Source: an uncultured Patescibacteria group bacterium (lineage in GTDB: Bacteria; Patescibacteriota; Microgenomatia; UBA10105; UBA927). Taken from it: a stretch of 64,000 nucleotides of DNA. Position 1 is the first letter of the stretch; the number at the start of each line of letters is the position of its first letter. Of the stretch, positions 10,455-20,809 are shown piece after piece. The notes below the pieces were generated by a model, which ran no database searches, was not told where the DNA came from, and saw nothing but the letters and a program-made list of their open reading frames with translations. The position numbers and the translations under genes were made by a program. Location of the stretch: assembly GCA_937921305.1 (NCBI GenBank), contig CAKZSU010000006.1, positions 1,089 to 65,088 of the forward strand. Reading direction: 5' to 3'.

Positions 10455-12045
10455 AGAAATAACGAAAAACGACAAAATTAATCATCAACGACAATGTAAT
10501 CAGAGACAGCGCATTTGCGCTCCTTCTTGTTTGCGTTTCTTCAAATATAGCTTCTACATTATACACGCCCCGTTCTGGAAGATTAATATCAATGACTCCG
10601 CGAGAATAATCGACAGGAATTTCCCGACCATTTGCTATTATTCGCCATCCCGGATAGTATGTTCTATGAATACGAAGGGATGTTTCTTGATTTGTTTCAA
10701 CAGAAAAAGACACAGATATGGATGTTTCTTGAACATTACGTATCTTCCCTCCTCCGCTGACAACGCTTGTATATCGCTCGCGAATCCACGGCGTCCAAAT
10801 AGTTGAAAAACTATTTCCAAGAGACGATGTTCCATCGGTGAATGAAGGATTATTCAGATAATACGAATCTTCTCTTGGTTCATAGGCAACAGGTCTCATA
10901 TAAGAAAAAGAAAGGACTATTGCTATTCCTCCAAAGAGGATAAGAGAGGTAATCCGACGAACAAAAAACGCGCCAAGAAATGGAATCGTTATCAGCAAAA
11001 TTGACAACAAACGCCATGGATATTGAATAAATTGAAGAAAGGAGATAATTCTCCAAATAAAATCTGACATTGGCAAAAGAAAGAATATTCCAATAAAGGA
11101 AAAAACAAAAAAAACTAGTCGAATCGGTGAATGTTGTTTCCATAAAAAAATAAAAGAAACTAGCAAAATAACCAATGGAACAATACCAATCTGCTGAGAA
11201 ATTTCTCCAGCAATAATACCTGGTTGAGAAAAATTTGTTCCCCATGATGGAAAGAGCAATTGCGTAATATGAGGAAAGTGATCGCTATAGGTGACGGTAT
11301 TCAACCCAATCACATACTGTCTTTCAAACAAAGCGGGAATCCAAAAATATGCACTTAGACCTATTCCTCCAATCAAAGAAATGAACGCATTTCGATAAAA
11401 CAACTCCGTAAATATAGTCAAAAATGGAATCATAATCATCGCCATGATATTGTGACTTACAATAATCAAAGCGATGCATAAAGAAAAAAGAATTACCCTT
11501 CTCCATACGATACTGGCTAATGCGCACCATGTCCACGCAATCGCCCACAACTCGCCAATAGATCCTCGAACATACACATCAACATAGAGATATGGAACAG
11601 AAAAAAACAACACAACCCCAAAGACTGATGAAATAACAGAATAATATCTTCTTAAGAAGATATAACAACCAATCATCGCAACAAAAAGACTCATGCCGAG
11701 ACTATACTGAAATGATTGAACAAGAGGAAATCCTAGCAGAAAAAATAATGAACCGACATAATTAGGAAATGGATAATGAAAAATAAATAAAGGAAATCCA
11801 TAACCGCTGTTTAATCCCGGAGCCCATCGAGGAAATATATGTCCCTCTCTCAACATTTTGGAAAATTCATAGATTCGAATTAAATGATATTCACCGTCAT
11901 GCGTTGGAATAAAACGATTCCCAAATAACGGAAATGCGGCGAACAACCAAAGAAAAAGGAGTATGCCAATCCCTACCGCTTCTTTTTTGTAACGATGTAT
12001 CGTCTCCATAATATTAAAGACATAAGCATTACAAGAGGAAGCCAC
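10420..12045 (-). CDS. Family-B GT-C-like membrane protein (uncharacterised HDG/PRW/GYG family with a YfhO-like C-terminal domain)
   Basis: THDGEYHLIRIYEFSKMLREGHIFPRWAPGLNSGYGFPLFIFHYPFPNY straight after TM1, followed by about 11 TM helices. The C-terminus has ...YYPGWRIIANGREIPVDYSRGVIDINLPERGVYNVEAIFEET. Confidence 0.55.
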   Translation of the reverse strand: MASSCNAYVFNIMETIHRYKKEAVGIGILLFLWLFAAFPLFGNRFIPTHDGEYHLIRIYEFSKMLREGHIFPRWAPGLNSGYGFPLFIFHYPFPNYVGSLFFLLGFPLVQSFQYSLGMSLFVAMIGCYIFLRRYYSVISSVFGVVLFFSVPYLYVDVYVRGSIGELWAIAWTWCALASIVWRRVILFSLCIALIIVSHNIMAMIMIPFLTIFTELFYRNAFISLIGGIGLSAYFWIPALFERQYVIGLNTVTYSDHFPHITQLLFPSWGTNFSQPGIIAGEISQQIGIVPLVILLVSFIFLWKQHSPIRLVFFVFSFIGIFFLLPMSDFIWRIISFLQFIQYPWRLLSILLITIPFLGAFFVRRITSLILFGGIAIVLSFSYMRPVAYEPREDSYYLNNPSFTDGTSSLGNSFSTIWTPWIRERYTSVVSGGGKIRNVQETSISVSFSVETNQETSLRIHRTYYPGWRIIANGREIPVDYSRGVIDINLPERGVYNVEAIFEETQTRRSANALSLITLSLMINFVVFRYFYARRNKYLAAS

Positions 12046-13067
12046 GTCACGGCTGTCCGAATGATCTGATTATATCCTTCATATTGTCTCGTCACGATAT
12101 AAGGAAGATTTCTTAATAGCAATCCAAAGCACAACGAAAAAGAAAACATATACAACAGACGATGAGATGTATATGGCAATAACACTAAGAATGACAAACA
12201 CCAAACAAAATACCACGGATACATTTCCTCTCGAAATGGAGAAATCATAAATATCACAAACATGAACCAATACGCCTGCGCAAACGATCTTGAAAATACA
12301 AGAAGTATCGTCGCCCCCTTTACGAGAACAGATAAACACCACAAAGCAAACTTAAAACGAGGTATCAGCAACGCCAATACAGCAAACGTCATCATCACCA
12401 TATCGTTGTGCCCTTCGTTTAATACAGTAATCAACACTAATGGATTCAAAGCAAACGCGGTGACATTCCATACGCTTTTTGTTACTCGCCACACAATATA
12501 CAAAAAGAAGAAGAAAAATGCAGCGACAAACCCTTTGAACGCGATAATTGCCACCCACACATGATTCATGCTCACAAGATGAGGAATAACCGTCAACGCA
12601 ATCCATGTCGGACCATAAAGCGCTGTTTTATTTGCGGCTCGAGTAAATGCAAGATTCGGTTCGTTTGGAATCTCAATCGGTCGAACTAACCACGGATTTT
12701 CCGTGTAAGTATAGACAACTTTCGATGTCAATATGTAATTGAATATGTCATACGAAAACGCCGGAAAAGAAAATAAAAATATCGCGCTAACAATCACGAT
12801 TATTTTTTTTATTTCAAAAAAAGTTAACCGTTGATGATGAACTAAATGAAGTGTCACCCCGTAAAACCCCCACAAGGAAAGCAAAAATACCACATACATC
12901 ATTCCCGCCCATCCTCGCTTCTCAAACACAAAATATTGCAATGGAGCATGTATTGTTTGATAGATTGGATGAGTCGAAAGGACAAGATTTTTGTCAACAA
13001 ACCCATATGAATATATGAGAAACAATAAAGCGATAAAAATATATCCCAGGATGACGAATTGTTTCAT
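11973..13067 (-). CDS. Polytopic membrane protein ('GHND' family, paralog of 48738-49907), possibly a GT-C-like mannosyltransferase
   Basis: 364 aa with about 9 TM helices. It shares the motif ...LNEGHNDMVMMTFAVLALLI... with 48738-49907 (VSGHNDIVMMMFALLSYFL). I cannot confidently assign a family. Confidence 0.4.
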   Translation of the reverse strand: MKQFVILGYIFIALLFLIYSYGFVDKNLVLSTHPIYQTIHAPLQYFVFEKRGWAGMMYVVFLLSLWGFYGVTLHLVHHQRLTFFEIKKIIVIVSAIFLFSFPAFSYDIFNYILTSKVVYTYTENPWLVRPIEIPNEPNLAFTRAANKTALYGPTWIALTVIPHLVSMNHVWVAIIAFKGFVAAFFFFFLYIVWRVTKSVWNVTAFALNPLVLITVLNEGHNDMVMMTFAVLALLIPRFKFALWCLSVLVKGATILLVFSRSFAQAYWFMFVIFMISPFREEMYPWYFVWCLSFLVLLPYTSHRLLYMFSFSLCFGLLLRNLPYIVTRQYEGYNQIIRTAVTWLPLVMLMSLILWRRYIVTKKKR

Positions 13068-13576
13068 TGTCGAATGTGTTTTGCTTCTTCAAGAATAGAT
13101 CGCAAAGATAATAAAATCGGATCCTTTTTTTCATCCTGCCAAACAAATGATTTGGGAAGATAGTCTATCAATTGCTCAATAACTGTTGCATGCGTTACGG
13201 CTTGTTCGCGATGGCGTTTATACAATTCCGTTACATCTTTTCCTTCGCTCTTCGCCGCGTCTATATATCGCTGAATTTCTACCCAATATTGATTGGAACG
13301 CTTAAGAGCGTTTACGGCAAGAATATATTGTTTATATTCAAAAAGCGTTTTTGCTTCAACAAGATACTTATCAGACAATTCAGTGTAGTAATGAACTTTC
13401 GCGATATTTCCCCAATGCCAATAATATTGAAAGGCGTCTAAAATTTTCATGAGTATTCGCAGTTTGTTTCCTGGCATCGGACCTGGATATGGGAGAATAT
13501 ACTCAGCTCTAACAGTAAAACTAACAATGTGCAACATGAAAAGCATCATAACAATGCTTTTTATCACTTTCATCAT
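13064..13576 (-). CDS. Small secreted/exported hypothetical protein
   Basis: 170 aa. The N-terminal hydrophobic segment MMKVIKSIVMMLFMLHIVSFTVRAEY looks like a signal peptide. The rest is predicted helical and charged. It is embedded between a membrane protein and a GT2 gene. Confidence 0.4.
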   Translation of the reverse strand: MMKVIKSIVMMLFMLHIVSFTVRAEYILPYPGPMPGNKLRILMKILDAFQYYWHWGNIAKVHYYTELSDKYLVEAKTLFEYKQYILAVNALKRSNQYWVEIQRYIDAAKSEGKDVTELYKRHREQAVTHATVIEQLIDYLPKSFVWQDEKKDPILLSLRSILEEAKHIRQ

Positions 13577-14325
13577 GGTTCACCTTTCAAATATTTCCAA
13601 TAGGCAATTGGAACATGCAATGCAGAAAACAGTGAAAATAAAAATCCATATATTCCATCAATAAATCCTTTCTTTTGAATAAAAAATACAACGAATATTT
13701 TTATGGGCTGAAGAAAAAAATATGAAAAAAATGCTCTTTTTGAAATCTTTTTTCTTCTCAATTCATCAGCAGTCAACGATGTGTATGTATCAGCTTTTCT
13801 CCAATAATCCGCTATGGTTTCATAAGAATAGTGATAAAGATGATGAGTGAGATATCCAACAGAACCATCAACATCTATCTGCTCGTGAACACTTTTGCAT
13901 GGAAATCTTGCTTTTCCTCTTTTCACAAGTCGAATCACATAATCAGGATACACTCCTGTTTTTCTCATCCAATGTCCCCAAAAGTTATTTTTTCTTGGAA
14001 TAAAAAAACCACAATTCGTTGTTGTGTTGATTACTTCTTGAATTTCATTTTTTAATTCTGGAGAAACAACTTCGTCAGCGTCTAATTGCAAAATCCAATC
14101 AGATCGACAAGAGTCTAACGCTTTTTGCTTATTGATATGAAAAATTGGCGGATTGTCCGCATAAATAATTCTTGCGTTAAATCGTTTTGCTATATCCAAT
14201 GTGCCATCGGTGGATCCTCCATCGACAATCACGATTTCATCTGCAATATCAACAATAGAAGATAAGCATCGCTCTAGATATTTTTCTTCATTATACACAG
14301 CTAACGCGATAGAAAGTTTTTTCAT
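13573..14325 (-). CDS. Glycosyltransferase family 2
   Basis: LSIALAVYNEEKYLERCLSSIVDIADEIVIVDGGSTDGTLDIAKRF...LQLDADEVV. It is a paralog of 40808-41719, with the same C-terminal HEH.VVDG block. Confidence 0.75.
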   Translation of the reverse strand: MKKLSIALAVYNEEKYLERCLSSIVDIADEIVIVDGGSTDGTLDIAKRFNARIIYADNPPIFHINKQKALDSCRSDWILQLDADEVVSPELKNEIQEVINTTTNCGFFIPRKNNFWGHWMRKTGVYPDYVIRLVKRGKARFPCKSVHEQIDVDGSVGYLTHHLYHYSYETIADYWRKADTYTSLTADELRRKKISKRAFFSYFFLQPIKIFVVFFIQKKGFIDGIYGFLFSLFSALHVPIAYWKYLKGEP

Positions 14326-15950
14326 TGTCTCGCTAAAATAAGTAAGGGAAACAATAATATAACGCTTGCCATAGAAACAATCGTTGATATCATCCGAAAC
14401 TTTGTGTCTTGAAAGACAATGCGAATTGCATGCTCACCTTGATCAACCCAAAATGTTATTCTCCCTCTCCATCGAGGATCTTGAAATTCTATATCAGCTC
14501 GTTGATTATTCACAAAGACATTCCATCCCGGAAAATACAGCGTGTTCTCAACCAATCGCGTTCGTTCTTTTGCGATAACATGATACTCTCTCATCGTCGT
14601 TATTCTTCGTTGTTCCTTAATGATCGCGTTTCCTTCAGCGATTTCCATATGAGAAGACGGCTCGAATTCCATAAACCGAACAGACCAAATGGGACTACTT
14701 TCTCCTGTATCTGTTGTGCTTTTGTACACTCCAGTAAAAAATGATTCATCGTATGTTTTATACGCTTTCGGTTTCCACATGTGAGCAGTGGACACAACGG
14801 CAATCACGCACAACAACAATCCAAGTATCGATTGATATCGTTTTCGGACTTGAACAATGACTGAAGCTCCAATAAGACTTCCAATAAATGTCGTCATGAC
14901 AAGTAATCGCCAAGGAAACTGAAATTTTTGCAAAAGAGAAATTTTCTCCCAAATAGGCAACGATGGAGATGTCATGAGGACAAGATATCCACAAAACATC
15001 GCCCATAACCCAAAAATCAATCCTTTCTTTTTTATAAAAATGGTTAAAAAGAAAAGAATAATCATCGGCATGCCAATTTCTTTTGTAAATTCATTCCCGC
15101 CACCATAGTTCCATGGAGAACGGAGAAATGATGCAAATGGAACCATTCGTTGTCCAATTTCTCCTTTTGTCACAATATCTCGCAATGTGTACTTTCCCTC
15201 AAAAAACGCTGGAAATAGAAAAAATGCCGATAGCAAAACACTATACATGCCAAAAAGAAAAACAAAAACCAAAAATCGTTTTTTTTGTTTAGTATGAATC
15301 ATCATGTATAGAACAAAGAACACTATACATGGAATCATCATGATGCTTACAGCATTATGCGACAACAACAATCCAGCGAGAGATAGAGAGAAAAACAATC
15401 CCCACAGAATTTTTCTTTTTTTTCTCGCCAAATCAGCAATTCCCCAAAGAATAAGCGGTAAAAAGATAAACGACACATGCTCTCCTATCGCGCCGCGAAC
15501 ATAAAGGTTTACAAATCTATACGGAGCGAATCCGTACAATATCGCGGCAACAATACCGGGAATAGTTCCCCAGAAATCTTTAACAAACCAATACATCGCA
15601 AGAATGCTTGCAGCATATCCAAAAGCAAACACTAACTTTACGCTATCAACGAGTGAAAATCCTATCGCATGAAAAAAAGAAGCGATGTAAGAAGGCAATG
15701 GATACAGAAACATAAGTACAGGATGACCAAAACCCCAATTCAAGTTATTTCCCCACCGTGGGATGATATTTCCTTCGGATAAAGATTGATAAAAATTCGC
15801 TATTCTTGCGACATGGTCTTGCCCATCATGCGTCACAGGCAATCCCGGAGACAGCAAAGAACGAAGAGGAAACAATGAAAGTATCATCAAAAACAAGGGA
15901 AAGAGCAATCGTTTATTCATAGACATAAAGAATAACCCCCGGCGTTTCAT
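14322..15950 (-). CDS. Family-B GT-C-like membrane protein
   Basis: THDGQDHVARIANFYQSLSEGNIIPRWGNNLNWGFGHPVLMFLYPLPSY. The C-terminus has YFPGWNVFVNNQRADIEFQDPRWRGRITFWVDQGEHAIRIVF. The start is uncertain: the track ORF runs to 15998, and internal Met codons lie at about 15950 and about 15920. Confidence 0.55.
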   Translation of the reverse strand: MKRRGLFFMSMNKRLLFPLFLMILSLFPLRSLLSPGLPVTHDGQDHVARIANFYQSLSEGNIIPRWGNNLNWGFGHPVLMFLYPLPSYIASFFHAIGFSLVDSVKLVFAFGYAASILAMYWFVKDFWGTIPGIVAAILYGFAPYRFVNLYVRGAIGEHVSFIFLPLILWGIADLARKKRKILWGLFFSLSLAGLLLSHNAVSIMMIPCIVFFVLYMMIHTKQKKRFLVFVFLFGMYSVLLSAFFLFPAFFEGKYTLRDIVTKGEIGQRMVPFASFLRSPWNYGGGNEFTKEIGMPMIILFFLTIFIKKKGLIFGLWAMFCGYLVLMTSPSLPIWEKISLLQKFQFPWRLLVMTTFIGSLIGASVIVQVRKRYQSILGLLLCVIAVVSTAHMWKPKAYKTYDESFFTGVYKSTTDTGESSPIWSVRFMEFEPSSHMEIAEGNAIIKEQRRITTMREYHVIAKERTRLVENTLYFPGWNVFVNNQRADIEFQDPRWRGRITFWVDQGEHAIRIVFQDTKFRMISTIVSMASVILLFPLLILARQ

Positions 15951-17559
15951 TGAGATATCTTGCAATATATTGCACTCGTATTCCTTGATGATCTTCAAAG
16001 TAATTAGTTACATACAATGTTTTTTCGTTGCGTTCATTTTTTTTAATTGATCGAAACTCATAGACATCAAACGCGTGATGCGCGTCAAAACTTCCAGACT
16101 GTGTTCCTCCGTAATGATGGTACATCTTTGGATGATATCGAGAAAAAAATAAAAAAAACATATATGACGGGTAAGAGTATCGTTGACCCAATCGATTCGA
16201 GATAACAATCGAATCAAAAGCATCACGATAGTTTAGAAGATACTTCATTGCATCTGCGGCAGCGTATGAAAACGCTTCTGATTGGTCCCGAGGAAAAACA
16301 AAAAAATAATTTCTATAAAAATGATACAAACTTACACTAATAACAAAAAGAAATATAGCAACGGTTATTACGCTCTTTTTTAGAAGAGCATAACGAGAAA
16401 ACACGTGCCATAAACCAATCGCGCCAAATACTTGCCATGTTGGAAGAAATGTGTATGATCGCATCGCGTGCGGAGCTTGCGTTGTTATTGCTGCAGGGAT
16501 TGGAGAGGATAAAAACCATATCATCATAAAGAAAAAAACTTTTTTAGAAAACAGTTTATACGCTAAAACAAAGCCAATCAGAATAAATGGAAGCTCCCAT
16601 GGATACAATAATCCCATGTATGGAACTTTATGTGCTTCATACGCTTTTCCTTGAAATAGCCAAGAAAAGGAAAAATGCGACATATATTGCTGAAGAAAAA
16701 TTTTCAATGACGTTAATCGAGGATGATGCCATAACTGCACAAAGATATTCTTTTCTTCTCTTGCTTGAACAAACGCCAGCCGATCTCGTTCGTAAAACGG
16801 ATGACTTCCATTAAAGACCGTCGTTCCTTGAAACCGAATTAATCCCTTATCTGAAAATGTGACAAGAATCAGGGGAAAAAGAAGAATGAAGCAAAAAAAG
16901 AGAAGCACGATTATTTTTTTAAACTGTTTGAGAAGAACGCGAAAAAAAAGACCAAACAGTGAACAAACAATAATCGGAATAATAATTTTTTGACTTTGAT
17001 AACTATATAACGCCAAAACAAACGAAAAAAGTGAAAATGCAATAATGCTCGTCTTATTGCATTCATAAATATAGTAAAAAAACAATGCAATCCCTATCAC
17101 ACCGAACGCGAGACCAGCGTTTACTTCGTGTCCTAATCGAGATATATAGATATGCCATGGAGATATCGCCAATAAAACCATAGCGATCAATCCGATCCAC
17201 ATGTTCTTTGTTAAAATTTTCGCAAGAAAAAATGTTGCGACAACAGTAAGCAAAGAAAGAACGACCGAAGGCGCGCGAACCGCCTCGACAGTTAATCCAA
17301 ATATAAAAAGAAATGGAAGAATTAAATATACATACAACGCCGGTCTGTAATCATCGTATGCTCGAAGGAGAATAGGAAAAAATGTTCCATATTCATCTCT
17401 CCCCGTATGAAATATCGAGTAAGCGTTCCACCCCAAGGAAACTTCATCAAGAGACGGAGATGGAGGAACAGAGGAAAGATGATAGAAACGAAGGATAAAA
17501 GCGAATATAATTATGGCGATAAATATTATTGTTTTATGCATACCGAAATAATTTTGCAT
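15913..17559 (-). CDS. Family-A GT-C glycosyltransferase (PMT/ArnT-like, GT39/GT83-like)
   Basis: SLDEVSLGWNAYSIFHTGRDEYGTFFPILLRAYDDY in the first extracytoplasmic loop (DE motif). 548 aa with about 11 TM helices and a C-terminal soluble domain. Confidence 0.6.
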   Translation of the reverse strand: MQNYFGMHKTIIFIAIIIFAFILRFYHLSSVPPSPSLDEVSLGWNAYSIFHTGRDEYGTFFPILLRAYDDYRPALYVYLILPFLFIFGLTVEAVRAPSVVLSLLTVVATFFLAKILTKNMWIGLIAMVLLAISPWHIYISRLGHEVNAGLAFGVIGIALFFYYIYECNKTSIIAFSLFSFVLALYSYQSQKIIIPIIVCSLFGLFFRVLLKQFKKIIVLLFFCFILLFPLILVTFSDKGLIRFQGTTVFNGSHPFYERDRLAFVQAREEKNIFVQLWHHPRLTSLKIFLQQYMSHFSFSWLFQGKAYEAHKVPYMGLLYPWELPFILIGFVLAYKLFSKKVFFFMMIWFLSSPIPAAITTQAPHAMRSYTFLPTWQVFGAIGLWHVFSRYALLKKSVITVAIFLFVISVSLYHFYRNYFFVFPRDQSEAFSYAAADAMKYLLNYRDAFDSIVISNRLGQRYSYPSYMFFLFFSRYHPKMYHHYGGTQSGSFDAHHAFDVYEFRSIKKNERNEKTLYVTNYFEDHQGIRVQYIARYLNETPGVILYVYE

Positions 17560-17564
17560 TCAAT

Positions 17565-19193
17565 CTACGATGAAATTCGTATCGCTTCTATTCCATTTAA
17601 ATAATAAATTGTGTGTATGCTATGAGGAATTTCACTTGGCGTCCCAATGTAAAGAATCGTTCCATCGCGTTTTTCATTCTCCCATTGAATAGGACGAAAT
17701 CGAAACTTATCAAACGCATTTTGTGTTTCTTTAAATCCTCCAGATTTTGTACCTCCTTGTGAAAGATATAATGAAGGATCGTATCGCAAATGGAACAAAA
17801 AAAACATATGAGGCTGTTCCAATTTTGTTGAAACGACAATCGTTTCATATTTATCATAATGTTGAACCGCGTATTCAACCGCCTGCTTGTATCCATACTG
17901 CCAATACTCAGAATATTCATAATTTTGTTGAATAAAGTATGAAGAGAGATAATATGTAACATTCCATAACCCAACGATACACACAATAATAAAAACGCCA
18001 TAACGAATCCGATAGATTGATTTGAAAAGAAAAAATGTATATATCGTTCCAATAGCAATGACTATTTGAAATGTCGGAAGGAACACAAGCGTTCGTATAG
18101 CATGAGGCAATTCTGTTGTCGGGGACGCGGGAATAGGAGCAATCAACATCCATCCAAGAATAAAAAAGGCAACTTTTTTTCCATGCTGTATTAACCACAA
18201 TAAACCAACAAATAATAGCGGCAACTCGATATGATAAAGCAACCCCATTCTAGGGGCATGATGCCGAGCGTTATCACCCTCTAAAAACAACCACTTCAAC
18301 GAAAAATGAGAAAGATACCCATTGAGGATCGTTTTCGCATAAACAAATCGACGATTATCCAACAATAAACCAATCTGGCTATTCATCTCCCTGTCTCGCT
18401 CCAATTTTCTTACGGTATCTCTTAATAAACCAGTTGTATCCGCAAGCGTGCTTGTCCCCCTGAGTCTCATAAGCGTTGTTGGATTGGTAAATACTGGAAT
18501 TAATGGAAGGATGGTCAAAAATAATGAAAGAAAAAATAGACCAATATATCGTTTCCGTTCCCATATCTCTTTTCTAAAGGCAACAAAAAAAAGAAGAATC
18601 AACAAAGGTATGAAAACTCGTTGACTATGATACGCGTATAAACTCGCTCCCATAAGACATCCTGATACAACAAAAAAGAAAGGATTTCTTAACCCTCGAA
18701 GCAGGGCATAGATACCCCAAATGTTCAATGTCACTCCTATATTTGCTTCAAAGGCGATCCGAGAAAAATGAACATGCCACGGAGAAATCGCGAGAAGAAA
18801 CGCGCCAAGATATGGTAAATATTTCCATTTTTGCAGTAATGAAGCATGCCGAGAAAATTCTCTTACAAGAAAGAAAACGCCAATAACAGCGATTACACCA
18901 TTTATTGCAGCAGGCAAACGCGTAGACCATAGATCAAGGCCAAAGATTGCGACACTTGGAATCGCAAGATACATGTAAAGAGGCGGTTTGTAATCATCGT
19001 AAGATCGCAGAGACAATGGGAAGCGTTCTCCATACTCATCTCTTCCAGTCTTCAATATGGAATACGCATTCCATCCAAGTGCCGCTTCATCCCAATTTGG
19101 CCCAACCGGAACCTCGCCTAATTTACAAAAGCGAATCGCTATCGCAACAACAACAATACAAACTAATAAAAGATAATCTTTGAAACGATTCAT
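17565..19193 (-). CDS. Family-A GT-C glycosyltransferase (PMT/ArnT-like)
   Basis: NWDEAALGWNAYSILKTGRDEYGERFPLSLRSYDDYKPPLYMY. It is a paralog of the neighbouring genes. Confidence 0.6.
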   Translation of the reverse strand: MNRFKDYLLLVCIVVVAIAIRFCKLGEVPVGPNWDEAALGWNAYSILKTGRDEYGERFPLSLRSYDDYKPPLYMYLAIPSVAIFGLDLWSTRLPAAINGVIAVIGVFFLVREFSRHASLLQKWKYLPYLGAFLLAISPWHVHFSRIAFEANIGVTLNIWGIYALLRGLRNPFFFVVSGCLMGASLYAYHSQRVFIPLLILLFFVAFRKEIWERKRYIGLFFLSLFLTILPLIPVFTNPTTLMRLRGTSTLADTTGLLRDTVRKLERDREMNSQIGLLLDNRRFVYAKTILNGYLSHFSLKWLFLEGDNARHHAPRMGLLYHIELPLLFVGLLWLIQHGKKVAFFILGWMLIAPIPASPTTELPHAIRTLVFLPTFQIVIAIGTIYTFFLFKSIYRIRYGVFIIVCIVGLWNVTYYLSSYFIQQNYEYSEYWQYGYKQAVEYAVQHYDKYETIVVSTKLEQPHMFFLFHLRYDPSLYLSQGGTKSGGFKETQNAFDKFRFRPIQWENEKRDGTILYIGTPSEIPHSIHTIYYLNGIEAIRISS

Positions 19194-20809
19194 AAATGAA
19201 ATCCAACCAAACGAGATTCTCCATTCAACAAACGAACGCGAAACACTTCTTTAGATCCCTGAGGAACTTCAATTAAAGGAAGTATATACAATGTATTTTG
19301 TTCATACGATTCTGGATTGTGTCGGACAAATTCATATGATCCAAACCCTTTGACAGTATAAAATCCAACCGCGTCAAAATATGCATGTTTCGTTCTCCAA
19401 AACTCTCTCGGATCGTATGCTCCATAAAACAACGCATAGGCGTATGGTCTGCCTATTACATCCGACACCACAATTTTTTGATATTTATCTTTTACAGATT
19501 CTGAAAAACGAAACGCTTCTCTGTACCCATACTGCCATTCTCCTGAGTACTCTATTGGATAATGTGCATAGTAGTTGTGAAGATAATACATGATAAAAAA
19601 TCCATATCCAAAAATGACGAATATCCTGGAAGAGAAAGAAACCAATACGTGCTTTTGTTCAAACAGCACATAAACAATTCCATACGCAATCCATATATGC
19701 CATGTCGGAAGCGTATTTAAAATACGTAACGCGTGAGGAGTCTCTCGAGCAACACCGGCAGGAATGACTGCAAGCAACAACCAAAGCAACAATAATATAC
19801 CCACCTTTTTATACCTAAGAAGTACCCCAAAAAATCCAACGACAAGAAACGGAATTTCAACAATATATAACTGTCCCACATCTTGAATGGAGAACTTTGG
19901 ATTGCCGTCTCCTTTAATAAATAAAAATCTCGGCTCGAAATGATCAAGATAGTGCTTGGCGAATTCCATCGCATAATATATACGTCGATTATGAATAATT
20001 CTTGCCCACATTGTGTTTCCAGCTTGCTCAATTCGTTGATTTGCCGTTCGAACAATATCAACATTGCTAAAGATATTCACTTCTTTATATCGAAGGCGAG
20101 CTTCAGGAGAAAGTAAGTGTGGAAGAATTGGCAACAGCGCAAACACTCCTATCATCCATCCAATCGCAACCTTTTTCCTTTCCTTCCATGCATATTCTTT
20201 TGTATACCACAATAAGAAAAGAAGAAACATTGGCGAAAAATATCGAGCGCTATTAAACGTATATACCGCGGCAACAAAAGGCAAAAACACTCCGTACCAT
20301 ATGGTTGATCGAGATCGAGCAAGAAGAAACAACACAGTCGCAAGAACGATAAAAAACAACGCGATAACCGCTTCAAATCCGACTCGCGAAAGATTTACAT
20401 GCCAAGGTGATATTCCTAGGACAAAAGATGAAAGAAGCGCAAGAGTATACTTCTTTTTGTGAGATGAAAATAATTCAAGAACAAGCACGTACGTTAACGC
20501 AACTGTAGCAGTTCCAAACAATACAGAAGGAATGCGAACAGAAAATTCATTCAAGCCAAAAAACGCGATAAATGGAACAGTGATGTAAATGGGAATGGGC
20601 GGTTTATAATCTCCATATGCAATAAATGTATCCAATGGTAACAATCTTCCGTGTTCATCTTTTCCTGTTTTTAAAATTGAGTATCCATTATATCCAATTG
20701 ATACTTCATCCCATGATAATGAGGGGGGAATTTGATCAACTTTATATACTCGAAAACAAAAAGAGATACAAATAATAATGAACAAAAAAAATCTATAATA
20801 GGTCGTCAT
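19190..20809 (-). CDS. Family-A GT-C glycosyltransferase (PMT/ArnT-like)
   Basis: SWDEVSIGYNGYSILKTGKDEHGRLLPLDTFIAYGDYKPP. The likely start is M13 (MTTYYRFFLF) at about 20809. Confidence 0.6.
   Translation of the reverse strand: MTTYYRFFLFIIICISFCFRVYKVDQIPPSLSWDEVSIGYNGYSILKTGKDEHGRLLPLDTFIAYGDYKPPIPIYITVPFIAFFGLNEFSVRIPSVLFGTATVALTYVLVLELFSSHKKKYTLALLSSFVLGISPWHVNLSRVGFEAVIALFFIVLATVLFLLARSRSTIWYGVFLPFVAAVYTFNSARYFSPMFLLFLLWYTKEYAWKERKKVAIGWMIGVFALLPILPHLLSPEARLRYKEVNIFSNVDIVRTANQRIEQAGNTMWARIIHNRRIYYAMEFAKHYLDHFEPRFLFIKGDGNPKFSIQDVGQLYIVEIPFLVVGFFGVLLRYKKVGILLLLWLLLAVIPAGVARETPHALRILNTLPTWHIWIAYGIVYVLFEQKHVLVSFSSRIFVIFGYGFFIMYYLHNYYAHYPIEYSGEWQYGYREAFRFSESVKDKYQKIVVSDVIGRPYAYALFYGAYDPREFWRTKHAYFDAVGFYTVKGFGSYEFVRHNPESYEQNTLYILPLIEVPQGSKEVFRVRLLNGESRLVGFHL

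Noticed and set aside
20064-20462. 132-aa plus-strand ORF inside the PMT-like gene 19190-20845. Similar antisense ORFs of 60-150 aa occur throughout, for example 3045-3320, 9115-9378, 21606-22049 and 54478-54876.
   Set aside because: All are fully embedded antisense to long genes with clear family motifs. They show no motif and no ribosome-binding context, so they are most likely spurious.
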